Below, piece by piece: positions 47,750 to 61,945 of a stretch of 64,000 bases of DNA (within the stretch, counting starts at the first letter, position 1; every line of letters starts with the position of its first letter). Source of the DNA: Lingula anatina (lineage: Eukaryota > Animalia > Brachiopoda); contig CM120640.1 of NCBI GenBank assembly GCA_051362555.1, positions 27,366,503 through 27,430,502 of the forward strand, written 5' to 3'. The translations under genes were made by a program, and so were the position numbers. The notes below the pieces were generated by a model, which saw only the letters and a program-made list of their open reading frames with translations, had not been told where the DNA came from and made no database searches.

Positions 47750-50700
47750 ATGTATATATATAATCATTTGCATAGGTCTGACATGGTTCCTGTTTTGCTG
47801 TCTCAGATGTGTAGACAGGTAAAATCGTAAGATTGCAATATTTACAACGTCTGTAATATAACATAGGATTAATAGTTGTATTCAACCCTTAGGTGCAGCA
47901 TATTAAATATCTGTTTCAGTGTTTGTATATGTTTCCTATTTTTAGATCTGTTGACAGGACTATATAAAAAAAAGTCATTATTAAAATATTCAGATATTTT
48001 GATAACTTGCATCTCACTTTTCCAGTTGTGTTTGGTGAAGATGTTTCATTTGGAGGTGTATTCAGGTGCACGGTAGGACTGAAGGACAAGTATGGTTAGT
48101 ATGTAGGCACAGACACAGGTGTTAACTTTGAATTGAGGAAAATGTCAGTGTCATTTTTTAAATACATTTTTTGGGATTGATGGTCACATCTTTTGATGGG
48201 TAACAAATCATAATATACCAATTTTATTATGAAAGTTTTTTTCACCTATGATCTTTCAATGTAATTTTAGAAGTTCTTTTGTCAGAAACTTGTGGAATAA
48301 AGTGATACTTAAAGGGATAATAACTCTTTGTTTCGGCCAAAAAATGAATTTTCCTGGAGTAAACAACAATTTTCCCACACTTACCAATGGTTAATGAATC
48401 CATTTTTACATTCAAAGTTAGTCCCTGGTTTTTTTCTAAAAAGTTTGGTTTTTTGTTAAAATCTCTTAAGAGATTATAACAGAGTATAGCCATCAATGGA
48501 GGTCACGTGATCTGAAGACAAGCTCAGATATCAGAATAATAGCTATAACTGCTGTTTTTGTCGTAAAACAGAATATATTATATTTCTATGAGCTATTCAC
48601 AATGTTTTTATTGTGAAATATAGATCTCATACGAAGAGTTATTATCCCTTTAATCAGCCAATATTTCATCTGTTTGCAGTCAGACTTCATTGGAAAATGG
48701 GCCTGTGATAGGCAGGCATGAGCAGTTTTCCATGAAATCATGGAATTCATGATTTTTAACCCAGTTTTTCAGGTATCCATGGATTCCTGGCTAATAGGTG
48801 TTGGTGCTACAATAAATATTTACAGTTTTTTTCAAAAACTCAGGCTCATGTCTGGATAGGTGTGACAACTTATCACTCCCCGGCACTGCCTGGCGTACTC
48901 ATTTAGTCGCCCCCCCCCTCTTCCTGCTCTTTCCCTTGACATCATTCTAGTTGAGTTTGCCTCCCATGTAGACAGATGTTGGTTGTTTCCAGGATTTAGC
49001 AGTGGGGATCATGTGATCTCTATGTTTCAGTAGGTATTGATGTTATAATATTGTGCCTTGTTTTTTGTTGGTGTTGGCTGAGGATAGATTCTGATGCCAC
49101 ACCTAGCATAGCCTCATTCCCAGATGAAGTTCTTCTGTAAGCTGATGAAATATTGGCTAGTATAGTTTCAGTTGGCAAAATATTGGCAAAATAACCTCTA
49201 CTATTCTGTACCAACTTTTATCTTTACTATTATTATTGTTTTATATGTATAGTATACATCAAGAATTTGACTTATTGTGACATGAAATTTAACATTCTTA
49301 ATTGAGTTTTCATGCTTATGAGTTAACATGAGATTGACTGATTAACTGGAATTCTTTGTATAATACAGAATATTACATTGTTTAGAAATACAGATTTTTG
49401 ATTTTATAAATCACTGCCTTTTAGCACTGGTCAAACTTCTAATGTCTAATGGTATTTGTAATAAAACAAATAATATACAATAATATCTAATGGTATTCGT
49501 TTTGAAAAAAAACTTCTGTCTTGATAGGTGCAGACCGGGTTTTCAATACTCCTCTTAGTGAACAAGGTATAGTTGCATTTGGTATTGGTATGGCAGTAGC
49601 TGGGTCTACAGCAGTAGCTGAAATACAGTTTGCAGATTATATATTTCCTGGGTTTGACCAGGTAGGTAAAAAAAAGAGTAAGTTCTTCTTTTCAAGTTTT
49701 TATGAAACTCAAATGTTATTGTCCATGTTTTTTATTATTATTATTATTATTATTTTTTTTTTTTTTTGCATCATATGTTTGAAGGGATAAAGATTATCAG
49801 ATTCTTGAATATCCAGTGAAAGATACTTTATTGACATATGTAATAAGAAAAAATGAATTATATTGATATTGAATTTTTGTTTGTTTTCCTCAACCAAAGT
49901 TAAAAAAGTAACTCAGATTTACTAATTGATCTTCTAAGATCTTGTAAATATCAAAATTAGTGTAAGAACTAAGTTTTTTCAAACATGGATGGAGTGCAAA
50001 AATTCTATTAGAATATTGTCTGTTATTGAATAACTTAGAAAGTACCAAAAGAAATGATCGGTTTTTTATAAGTTATTATGTGGCTGTATTTGTTAAAGAA
50101 TTAATACTAAATAGTTTTTTGATTGCAGATAGTTAATGAAGCTGCAAAGTTTCGATATCGATCAGGCAGTTTGTTTGAATGTGGCGGATTAACAATACGA
50201 GCCCCTTGTGGTGCAGTGGGCCATGGTGCATTATACCACTCACAAAGTCCAGAGGCTTTCTTTGCACATGTCCCTGGATTAAAGGTAAAAGAGAAAGACA
50301 AATAAACAGGTATCTAAACAAGCCAGTTAAGATTTTACATATAGACAGACAACCTTTAAACCATGTATTCATGGCAGTTAACATAATAAAACACCAATAT
50401 ACACATTTTTGGTCTTGACACCCAGCCACAAACTTCTACTGTAAATGCAGGGTTGAAATTATTGAAAGAAATATTGAATCAAGAAAAATAATTCAATCTG
50501 GCTGTTTTATATCTCAAGCTATATTTTAATCCTATGAATTATTTACACAAGTTTGAGAATCTGCTGTCCTTTATGTGGACATTAAGGAATGAACAGGTCA
50601 TGGCAGTTCAGTGTCACAAATGTGCAAATTTGTAACTTTTAAGGGAAAATAATCCAAACAGGCTGGTTTTCAAACCCAAACTATATTTTAGTCATAAGAA

Positions 50701-52951
50701 TCTTTTTTTTTTAAGTTACATAGTATAAAGTAGTTGCCCAATTTTTCTTTCATAATATTAATGAGGAAATTGCACAACAGTGACACATGCAGTTGATGGC
50801 TTACGTCCAAACGTACAGTGTCCGTCCATAAATAATTTCGATACATTTGTTTCATTTAGTGGTATTTTGAAACATAAGCCTTAGAAAAACCATGTCAAGG
50901 ATAATGCATTTTACATGCATTATGCAAGACATGCAGGCACTCTGCATCTGGCCTGTGACATCACCTGGCGTTGTGCAAAGTCTGAAAACATGGCATGTCA
51001 CTTAGCATTACACAGACTTTTTGGGATATGTAGGAGGACACATTTAATTTACACTCAGTCATTAAAACAAACACAACTTTAGTAAGAGTCTAATGTGAGC
51101 ATGGTTAAGGTAGTAAATGTTATGTGTCTCAATTGTGATTTTTAAAATACTTTAAAAAAAGATGTACCAGGGTCCAGGAATATTGTGGTGTCAGTAGATA
51201 TCAGTCAAAAAAACCAAAAGTTATTCTGTACAAGAATGCTGTGGAATTTCAATTCATTTTAGCATATTAAAAAACTTGTCTACTGCAAATTTTACTTCAT
51301 ATCAGTTATTATATTGATACATTACATGAGGGTTGCTGTGAAAGCAAAGTCTAGCCTTTTTAGTCTACCTACACACTTAGATGAATTCACCTCTCTACCT
51401 TTTTGACAACTCATCATGGGTTGTCCATGGAAAATGCAAAACTATTGTTATCATAAAGTAACTCTATTTTGAATATTTGTGAATGGATCTTGTGATAAAT
51501 GTAGGTTCTTGTTCAAACATTTCATTACCCTCTGGCCTGTTAAAAGCAAGGGGCAGTAGATTGATTGTCACAATGTGCCCTGACGTTTTTTTTTCTACAA
51601 GACTCAACATGTTTACATGAAAGCATTTAGTCGTTTTGATGTTTAACAAATCGCTCATGGCACTTTCATTTCCCAAGTGGTGAAAGAAGTTGTTTGCTAG
51701 TTTCTGCATGTAACGAAATTGTTAACATACTTGTGCCAGTATCTTCAAAGCTATACAACTATACAACAAGGAAATAATAACTTATAGTGCTGTAATATGA
51801 GTTTATCTGTATGTACTACCAACCACAACAACTTCACAATACACCTAAGCCCATGAAAAAAAGTTGCTTTGTTGACTGAATAATAACATAAAAATGTTTC
51901 ATCACATCTGATCAATATTAGATAAATTATGTAAATGGTATAAGGGCTCCCTCTTATATTTTTCTTTGGAGGGTTTTCATATCTAAATATTCATCAGGTT
52001 TATTGTTACCATTTGCATGTTTTTGGTTATGGAATATTTTTATATCGACCATTAAATGTGGAGGATAACAGCTGTGTTATGTGTTATGTGGCATCTCTTA
52101 ACAATTTTCTTTAGAAATAAGTTTCATGAAAATGTACATGTAGAGCACAGTGATAAGATTAAAGCTGTCAGTGATTGCTTTCAAAAAATGCCTATTTTCA
52201 GTTATTCACTGTACTGAACTGCAGCATTTAATCCTTGTAGGTTTTTTTATTCCTTCTTATCACATCAAAGAGTAAAAGAAAAGGGGCTTTGAATCTTAAG
52301 AGTGACAGACTGTACAGGGTAAAAAGTTCAAGGGGTGAAAAATTGTGTTAGAGGAGGAGAAATACTATGGAATGGCCCTTTTTTAGTTTTTTTTTTTTTT
52401 TTTTACACTTTAAAAAATCTTTTTATTCTTGTAATCAAGCTAGTAATTTACTAGAGAGATCTGGCACTTAGTGGAAAAATGCAGCAGTTCTATTTCTAAC
52501 AGGAAAAGTATGTTGATAGTACATTTGCGGTCAGATGTCCTCTCAACAGCACTATTAAATATCGTATTCAGAATCATCAGATGTCATTTAGTTACTTAAC
52601 GTATTTTTTCTGAGATTACTATAAGATATGAATGAAAAAAGCAGTGGTGCAAAATATTTTAGGAAACAGAGACCTAACTTACTGATTAGAAAATATATTG
52701 TGATACCTCAGCCTGATCTTAATGTAACACATTTCTTTATGATTTTGACTAATGGTTATTTTAACAATTTTCACTTTAGGTTGTTATCCCCAGGGGTCCC
52801 ATACAAGCAAAAGGTTTACTTCTCAGCTGTATTAGAGATAGGAACCCTTGCATTTTCTTCGAACCAAAAATTTTATACAGATCTGCGATTGAGGAAGTGC
52901 CATTAAAGGATTACACTCTACCCCTATCTAAGGCTGAAGTATTAGATGAAG
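47267..52951 (+). CDS. BCKDHB: 2-oxoisovalerate dehydrogenase E1 beta subunit, mitochondrial; first six coding exons (continues beyond the window)
   Basis: Exons 47267-47414 (basic transit-peptide-like), 47580-47657 ([12 protein letters not shown]), 48026-48094 ([17 protein letters not shown]), 49528-49661 ([19 protein letters not shown]...[11 protein letters not shown]), 50129-50284 ([13 protein letters not shown]...[17 protein letters not shown]) and 52780-52951 (VVIPRGP...[12 protein letters not shown]). The next expected exon was not found before 64000. Confidence 0.96.
47690..47762. repeat. (AT)n/(ATGT)n microsatellite
   Basis: Direct reading. Confidence 0.9.
48713..48854. mobile_element. 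Small MITE with 6-bp TSD
   Basis: CAGGCATGAGC ... GCTCATGTCTG. GATAGG is duplicated at 48707-48712 and 48855-48860. Confidence 0.65.
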
Positions 52952-55900
52952 GTAAGCATTCTGATGAAAAAGCAATCTCTAAAATTTGCAGTTCTTGCTG
53001 GCTCAGTGCGAGTTTCTTTGTACTTTGGCCTTCCATGCTGCCAACATATTCTTTCTGTTTCAAGTAGAGGTTCTGTGCACCCTTCTCCTTGCAGCAAACC
53101 CAGATAACTATTATAAATATCATATGATAACAATCTGGTCATCAGTGTTAACACTATTATAGGAACATTGTGAGGTATTACTTTTTCTGCTACTGCCCTT
53201 GATCCCGCAGTAGCAGCCATCACCTTTGTCCCAGCCTTCCACCTGTTGATAAGATCGTCTGATTGAACACAATTTTCCATTTAACCCGAACCTAATGTCC
53301 GTTGAATGGATAAGTTTTGTGTTAAAACAATATGGGGTCTTCTTCTCTTTGAAAGAATGGGGATAGGTACCACCACGCAGAATATATTGTTGGGTTATTT
53401 GGAACTTATTATGACATTTTTTTTTTGTACTTAAGTGGGGACAGCTAGTGTCAAGACTCTTCCTCTGACATTTTTATTACTACTACCACTCTCTTACAAG
53501 CAGTAAAACTATCATTTAGAAACAGACACTCAGGACACAGTTACCATGATTGTTATAAGATTTTCATTGGTTAAGGTTATATTTTAATGCACACACATGG
53601 ATACAAAGCAAGATTGAAGACAGCAAAGCTTTTTTTTATTGAATAGTTGTAATCATTGCACCAAGAGTTATGGTAATGTGCTTTTTTATAGTGTTGCAGT
53701 TTGCATTTTTGCTGGATTTATAGAATGCAAATTCCAGACAAGTACACATATAGGAACGATACCTGCATATAAAATACCTTACCTAACTCAGAGTTGCATT
53801 TGGAAATTCAGTCAATTCCAGAAAAAGTATTTTTGATAGATATTAACCAAAATTTGTGTAAGCTTTGCATACTTTAGGAGCTAAAAGACTCAAGTGGCTG
53901 ACTATTCAGTATGCTGTCATTGTGTGTGGTGTGCAGGTAACAGAGTTAGTAGTCAAGTGTGCTTCCTTATCATCTTTCACTAGCTTTGAGAAGATGATGA
54001 GGATTTTTAGAAATTTCTTTAAAGGTTCCTAGATTTGCACAGTATGGTTATTTTGTATATATTTGTCATCATCATCATCTGTGAAAGCATGATTGTCTTT
54101 GAAGAATGGAAACACTGTTACTAGTATATTTGCCACAGCCTGTTGTCTTCTGCGTGTAGGCAATGTCCTGGTATGTGATCAATTGCGTCAAGTGCCAAGA
54201 GAAGCAATCAAGCTGTAGTTTGATCCTGGCAACATTAGAGTAGTTTTCAACATTGTATCTAATCCAAGTACCGACTGCCTGTTTACGGAAGACCCCAGAC
54301 ATATCGTTGTGCCAACTAGCCAATCAGATGCAACATGTTGCCTTGTTTTTCTCCGGGTCATCAAAATTGGGGACAGAATCTGAGTGGCTTTTTGACTGAT
54401 CATGTGGTTACTGCAAGTGTGTGAGCTGCCAGCTCATGGCTTTAAACATCATCACTTAGCAAGGCAGTAAAAAAAAAACAACGTAAAATATCTTTGCATC
54501 TGACAAATTTGTGTACGAAAAGATTCTTTTTTAAGAGAATTTAGTTATTTGATGTCATTTGCTCATATAATGTGCCCAGCATTTTGTGTAGAAATCCTTG
54601 GAAGGGATGGCTTAGGAAGTACTATTGTATTATATGATATAAAAATTTGTATTGTAGAACCTATTGATTGCATATTTTAAATTTTTTCATGGCTCATGGA
54701 TGTGAGGTATAAATTTTCAGGGGATTCAAAGCTACCAAAATATATCCATGAGTCATGATAAAAATGAAAAAAAAAACTAAAAAAAATTAAAAAAAAATTA
54801 TTATACTATTCCTCAAATATTATTTCCCATTTGTTTCCTTATTTTTCTGAATTAAGAATGTAGTAGGTTTAACTCAGAAATGGTGAAGCTGAAGATGGTC
54901 ACACTATGTATAAATTTACAAAATTGGGTTAGGACATTAATTTGCAGCATTGAATAAAAATCTGTGGTTGGAATGCAGGGAAATAGTTCATGCATTCATG
55001 TTTCTAGGATAGGTTGTTTGTTTTGCAGGAGGTAGTCCATTCTAAATGTCATACTACAACAATGGGAAAATGTAGTGGAATTATGAAAAGACTTAGTTTT
55101 ACAAGGACTTGTCCATAGGAGATGTTACCACCTAGTGGAACTGATAATTTTATATACTACCTGTTACATATGACATGTTAGATAGGACACAGACACCATG
55201 TCCAAGGACAGCAAACAAGGTTATTCAACTGTCAGTCAGATTTATAAGGTAATTGTGCCAAATACTAATTTTTGCTTAGAGATTTTAGTGGAAAACCATT
55301 CTAAGGGTACAGAAAATGTAAATCCCATTTTATTTATTTTGAAGTGCTTTTCATTTGATCTTAAATCAGACGAGTTATAATCAAGGGACGAAAATAAATC
55401 ACAAAACGTTTTTCTCCAGTCTGTTGTGTGAGGATAATAATAAAGCCTCTTTATTTTTGTATAAATGACTCTCTTGTGTTGTTAGCTGCACTAGTGTCTG
55501 GAACCCCATAATTTACTGTAGGCAGAATAACAGCATGCCTTTTGTCTATTAGTTAATTCTATATGTTAGGGACTATTGTTTTCACTACAAGTTCCATTTT
55601 TAGATTTATTTCATTTGATTTTGATATTAAGCCTGTATAAAATCATGAGGGTTTAACATTTCACGTAAAAAATGCAACAGAAATACTATAAAATGCGTTA
55701 TTTAAAGTGAGTTATTTGTTGAAACTGTTTTGTGAGACTCACTACTGCTGATGGTTTTATGGTTGCAAGTATTCAAGAGACAAAAGTAATCATTTTCAGC
55801 AAAATATAAATTTTGTTATACTTGGTGTTTATCAGTAATTTTGCTAATTTATAGATTTTAAGTGGTATACTGGCAGGTCATGTAATATTTGGTCTTGCTT

Positions 55901-58900
55901 TATATGCTAGCAGACTATTTCACTGCTTTGTCTTTGAATATATCCTGTTTTCTTTGGCTATATTTTTGCACATACTAAACTATGTGATGAATATTTGTAC
56001 ATTTTGGTAGCTTTGAATCCTCTGAAAATTTAATCTTAACTCCCCATGTACTGAACGGATGTTTAACTGAATGTCACCCCTTGGCCTCGACATTGTCATT
56101 TACTCTAAGCAGTTTTGAAACAAAATTGTCGACGAAATCTGACATTCAAAGAAACACAACAAAAACAGCAGTTTTGGTTGCATTGTTGAGCCTCTGTCTT
56201 CAATATCTGAGAGAAAGTGAGTATTTATACAGTTTAAAGGGACCAGATTTTTGGCTTAGGGAATACACACATCTGAATCTGTATTTTCTTATACTTATTC
56301 TATAACTTTCTATAACTTATTAAATTCAATTAAAGTTTTAATGAATGAAAACTCTTTGTTATTATCACTTCACTGCAAGTAAGGACGGAAAATTATTTCT
56401 TTTAGTTTCATTATTAATGTCACCTGGATATACCAGATCTGCTGTTTAACCCTTTGTAAACAGTGCCATCTTTTTTATTTCACAGCTAAGCTTACTTCAA
56501 CTAGTATATGAGGTCACCAGACAGTCAGATTGCTCAACATGGGAGTTTTAATATGCCAGGGTTATGGGGTTCCTTATGTTATGTATGGTAGTCATCTTTT
56601 GATGCCATTTAGTATATTCTTTGTCCAGGTTTTGTCGTATTGGGAAAAGGCTTTAACTAACCTCACTGCGGTCCAACAACTGCAAGCAGTGAAAGTAATT
56701 TTATCGTAAAATATACATTAAAAGTCTAGACAACATAATCTAAAACAGATTTTGGTATGTAGGAGATTCGCAATTAATGTAAAGGGGATGTTTAAGAACA
56801 TCACCATGGCTCATGCAGCAAACCTGTGACAGAACAGCCATTAATATTTATGGTTCCTCAAATAGAACTGTTGACTATTTCCGTGTTGCCAGAACTTGAC
56901 AACCATTTTGGGGTATTAATTAACCAGTCTTCACTAAAAGTAACAAATTATCTGTGGCAGATGGTTTCCTAACTAATTTTTGCACCAAGACTCAGCTTGT
57001 CAAGCCTAGATTAGTGATGAGTTGGAGCTAATTTATCTTAAGGAGGCTGATAAGTAAAATGACGGAAACATTGCTACATCATTAGATAGAGCTCACACTT
57101 TCGTTATCTTTGAACATGGGGAATTATATATGTGCATTGATTCTTAGAAAACAATAGATCTTTTGTAGATAGTATTTTATGTGCTTCATTAAGAAATCAC
57201 ACTATTACATCACAGGTACTGGTACCTTTTTAATACAATAGTTTTTATTGTCCAGTAAATGAAAAGGGAAGATGTCAAGGTTTTCTCTCAGTGGCAAGCT
57301 CTCTATGGTAATGATATCGTTTCCCTCTTTGATTTCTCCCAGATGTGTTGTTTAATTAACCTGATCACCTGGTCAGTTATTGCCCCACCTTTCAGTTTTG
57401 AGAGGTTTTTTTTTTACCTCAAAATTGACAGACTGCATTTTAATGGCAGACTCACAATATGTCCTCCCACTATTGAAGCCCATATCTGTTGCCATTAACT
57501 GCCCTTCTCTACACTGCAGTGGTTTGTAAAGTGGATTAAGGGCAAGAGACTTTTTGTTTCTAGGAAATGTAATGTATACCAATGGATAGATATAAGAGCA
57601 TATATAACTTAATATGCCATTTGATTATTATGTGTTTCTGTTAAAAGGATTCCCAGATATGAAGTAGTCATCAGGCCGATGGCAAGTTTCAGCTAAGATG
57701 TTAAAGCGATGCATTGCTGGCAAGGCAGTGCCTGAGCAGTTACGGTGTTGCTTGCATTTTAGTATCTCGAATGAGGATGTTAGAAAGTGAAACCAAAAAT
57801 AATTAAATCAAATTTTCAATTCAATTTATTATAGGTCATTGGAAGAAACCTTTTGTAATAATGATTTAATTTTGAATTGCGTCTTCAGTTTATCATGTGC
57901 ATTATTTTTTATTAGGCCATTTTGTAGACAACTCATTTTTCCTATATTTTGTTAATACTACACAAGTGAGTGCTGTTGCACTGTTTGATATCATAGTAAA
58001 CTTCCATTAAAAGTTTATTCTTTACTATGCTGCAGTATCCTCTAGGGATAGTAGAATACTTTTTGTATTTAGAACTGTACATATTCTGATGGAATTTCTC
58101 AAAATTTGTAAAGAAATGTTTCCAAGTAATTGTACTAGTTTTATAATGTATTTGATAACTAGTGAATCGGTATGCCTGGACTTAAATGATGACATTCTAA
58201 ACAACTTGGTTTTGATATCAGTTACTTTGTAGAGTTAGAGACTGATTGTAGATGGGATATTTGAAGTATGAGAATAGAGAATGAGACCTTTGCCTTGATA
58301 CTATAATTGTTACTTTGTAGACACCGTATCCTGTGTAATATCAATCCAGTTTTACTTCTGTTGGATGTTGCTTAATAAATATTACTGTGCTTGTGTTGTA
58401 TTTCTTCCAGTTCACTCCAGTGTAATTTTCTCAAAAATATTACAATATTTTTCTCAAAAAGTTGTTCATCGATTTATACAAAAGAAATGATCTTGAAACA
58501 TTATTAATGACTGTACAGTTGTGTCAATAAAGTAATTAAATTAGGTATATAAGTGTAATTTATTTCTGCTTATTGGTGCTGCAGAGAGGGTTCATGATAT
58601 AGAATTATCTCTGTTGAGATTGTCATTGCTGGAGTGCCAACGTTGATCAGCTGATGCTGGCCCACAGCCGACAATTGCAGGTGGGCCAATGGACAGGCAG
58701 TTCGTGGCCCATAGATTGATCTTTGACATCATGCTTTCTAGGTAGCATCAGTATTATGGTAGATCTGTTAATGTTAAAAGATCAAATGTTGCAGTAAAAA
58801 TCTAATTTTCCAGCCTAGATTTGAACAGATTTTTCAGACGGTACAATTTATTGCTTCTTTTCACACAGAAAAGTTCCAGTTCAACTTTTTGATCTTTATG

Positions 58901-59907
58901 CCACACCTTATTGATCTATTTAGCTGTATTAAATAAGCTTTGCATAGGTGATGGACCAAAGATAACATGTGTATGGAGACCTGTAGTTTTTACATCTGAA
59001 AGGCAGGCTTTATGCACAGCCTACATAAATTCTAGTGAGGTACATTCGACAAGTATTCATTGTATCTGTATGTCATAAGTGAAAGCACAGGATTGTGCAT
59101 TGAGAGGCAGCACTTAATTGATTACCCTTATCATCCAGGTGACCAGACAGTGCACAAAGAAGAATGTACTGTTTATTAAGATTTGCCTGTCCCACAAATT
59201 TACTCGATGTCACGCCACTCGGGAGACAGGTAGACATGTTGCGACTGGTGGCGTAGGGCCTGTGTGTTGCATGCTAGCTGGAACCTGGCGTAACCAGTCC
59301 TTTGCTGACGGTGTTTGTACACGAGTCATGCGAATGGCACTTGATGTCTCCAACACTTTCCATTCATGATATACCCTTTATGATAAATTGTCAGCCAATG
59401 TGATGGCGTCCATGTAGTATAACTCCATTGTCTTTGCATGAGGGCACATAATTTGTTTATGTGAGATGGCCCATTTTAGATGAGATTGTGTCACAGCCTA
59501 ATAAAGATGTCTTTTACGTGTGAGGCATGTCCAACTCTGCAGTCATGGGCAAGTATTCCCATCTCCCTGGAGAGCCATGGATTTTACATGTAAATTTCAC
59601 CCAATATATAATACTTGTGAGTGAATTCAGTCATTAGTCGGCAGGCAAACAAAAAGATAATGGCTTCATTATGCAAAATAGGAGGAGAGACAGTAGATTT
59701 GTTGTGTGTGTTTAGGCTGGTTTTCAATACGCCTTGTGTCCACTTGAATGTAAACAGTTCAATTATAAGCAGTTTAATGGATATCAAAGTGTCTCATTAT
59801 GCTGGATTTTCCACAACATGTACTATTATATAGACAGACAAAGTCATCATAAGTTAACCAGTTCCACAATAACAGTGTTTTTTAGTGCAAAACTTTTCTA
59901 GGAGGGG

Positions 59908-59960
<53 letters not shown>
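59908..59960. repeat. (AAT)n microsatellite
   Basis: Direct reading. Confidence 0.95.
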
Positions 59961-59961
<1 letters not shown>

Positions 59962-61945
59962 CACACCTGTGGCCAGGGCCATAATCAAAGCTTTACATGA
60001 ATGCTACATAACACGACAATATATCCAGTCACTACAAAAATATTTTAAGTACAAAAAAAAAGACTTAATATTGAGCACAATAATTAAGTTATAATATGAC
60101 TATCATAGACAGCAGGAATTTAAGATATGCCTAAAGGCTGAGAAAAAAAGAATGATGTAAAATTCATTTTTTTTTAACATGTGGATTGATTTGTTACTTG
60201 AAACACTTTATCATGGGCAAGAGCAACTGTTGCCTGTCCCTGTTACATGAACTGACATTGTACTTTTCAGTTGGCGGAAAGAAAGTGTAATTTATAATGC
60301 TTCATTGGGAGTTTATAGTCACAAATTATCTACAGTAATTGTGTACTTGATATTGATATTGAAAAGTTTTAAAATTCATATTGAAGAAAAGAGAATTATT
60401 TTAACTGTCTGAAAAGAAACTGCAATTTACATCCAAAAAGGTATCTTTTGTGATTGACCAAAATAGTAATCCTAAAAAAAAAGAAAAAAAAAATGTCTGT
60501 GTGCTGTAGGGGATAAAACTGGGTGTTTATTTAACCACTGCACTGCACAAAAACAATAAGCTTCAAAATGTTTTTTACATGTAATTTTCACCCAATATTT
60601 AACATTTTGAAGTGAACCCTGCCGTTTATATGCGAGCAAACAATAAGATTAAAGTTAGGTCAGATTAAGTAGGTGAAAGTAGCAAATATGTTCACTTTGT
60701 ATTTTTTTTCTCTTAATTACTTCTATTGACAGTATTGGGAGGAACTTTTATTTTTTTCAAAATTTGAATTTGTTGTTAGTCTGAGATGACCTTTAATCCA
60801 TCATGGATGGAAAAAGTCACTGGTGTCAGGGATTTCAAGGGGGGGGGGGGGGGGACCTTCTGGTCTGTTTGATTTATGAATGACTCCAATACAAGGAAAA
60901 AGCAGGGTTTTATTTATAGTTGAATATTTTAATTTTCCATTTATATAGTTTAGATATTTTAAACATCACATTTAAATCATATGGTGCTAATTAATTACAT
61001 TTTAACTTACTACATCTGGATAGAAAGAAATATCTTCATTTACCTTAAGACTTTCACATCAGACAGCATCTTCTGAACATATTTATGACTATGAAACAAT
61101 TTGACCTGCAAATGCTATTTATTATGTGAATGCATTAAATTACATGATTGAATAACTCATCTAAAACTGAACAAAAAGCGATGAGTTACTTTAACAACTT
61201 TTGCTGTCAATCTTTGAGAAAAAAGTACAAGATCCATCCAAGACAGTTGCATAAATATTACCAACTGATAAAAAAAGCACATATATCATAATATTTTGAA
61301 AAAATGCTGTCAAAAGTTATATAAATTTGCTGAAGAAAATAAGACATATATTTTATTTTCACTAATTTTCCAATGATATAATTGGCAAAATTGGCAAAAG
61401 AAAAAAATCCTAGAATGACTTTTGATTTGTTTGGTCCAATAGATATTTTTACTGCCACTAGAGGGAGTTATAAGTATTGATTCAAGACATCTAGAAATAA
61501 ATAGTTGGTTTCTAAAGTATATCCATTGAACTTTTGTGATGAATATATGAATTGTCCATTTATTTATTATTACTTTTACAGAGCTGTTCAGTTACCATTG
61601 ATAATCATATTATCTTTTTGATATTGCCAGAATTATATGTGGTGGTCATTAAGCTTCACTTTCTCTTTACAATGTATGAATTATTCAGCTTCTACCATTT
61701 GTAGATAGGTGGTTTGACAATTTACTTTTAATTAGCTTACAAGACTGGCAGTAAGACCTGTTTGGAGCATATTCTTCCTCTAACATTCTTGTGGGGTTTA
61801 AAATGTGCATTTGATCTACATTAACAATTACAATTGAGACATGTGTCATAAAATTGTAGCGATCTGTGTCATTTCCCCAAATTAAACATCGACACATTAT
61901 GGGATGTATGGGTTTTTTCCAACATAAAACCTAGTCATCGTATTA

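Noticed and set aside
52942-53280. 112-aa minus-strand ORF next to BCKDHB exon 6
   Set aside because: No recognisable family or splice structure; at most a decayed retroelement fragment.
57660-57760. GC-richer patch with GGCAAG/GGCAGTG seeds resembling miR-31 or miR-34
   Set aside because: The match is limited to the seed and no convincing precursor hairpin was found.
61454-61468. CTCF-like motif GCCACTAGAGGGAG
   Set aside because: A single short motif with no supporting context.
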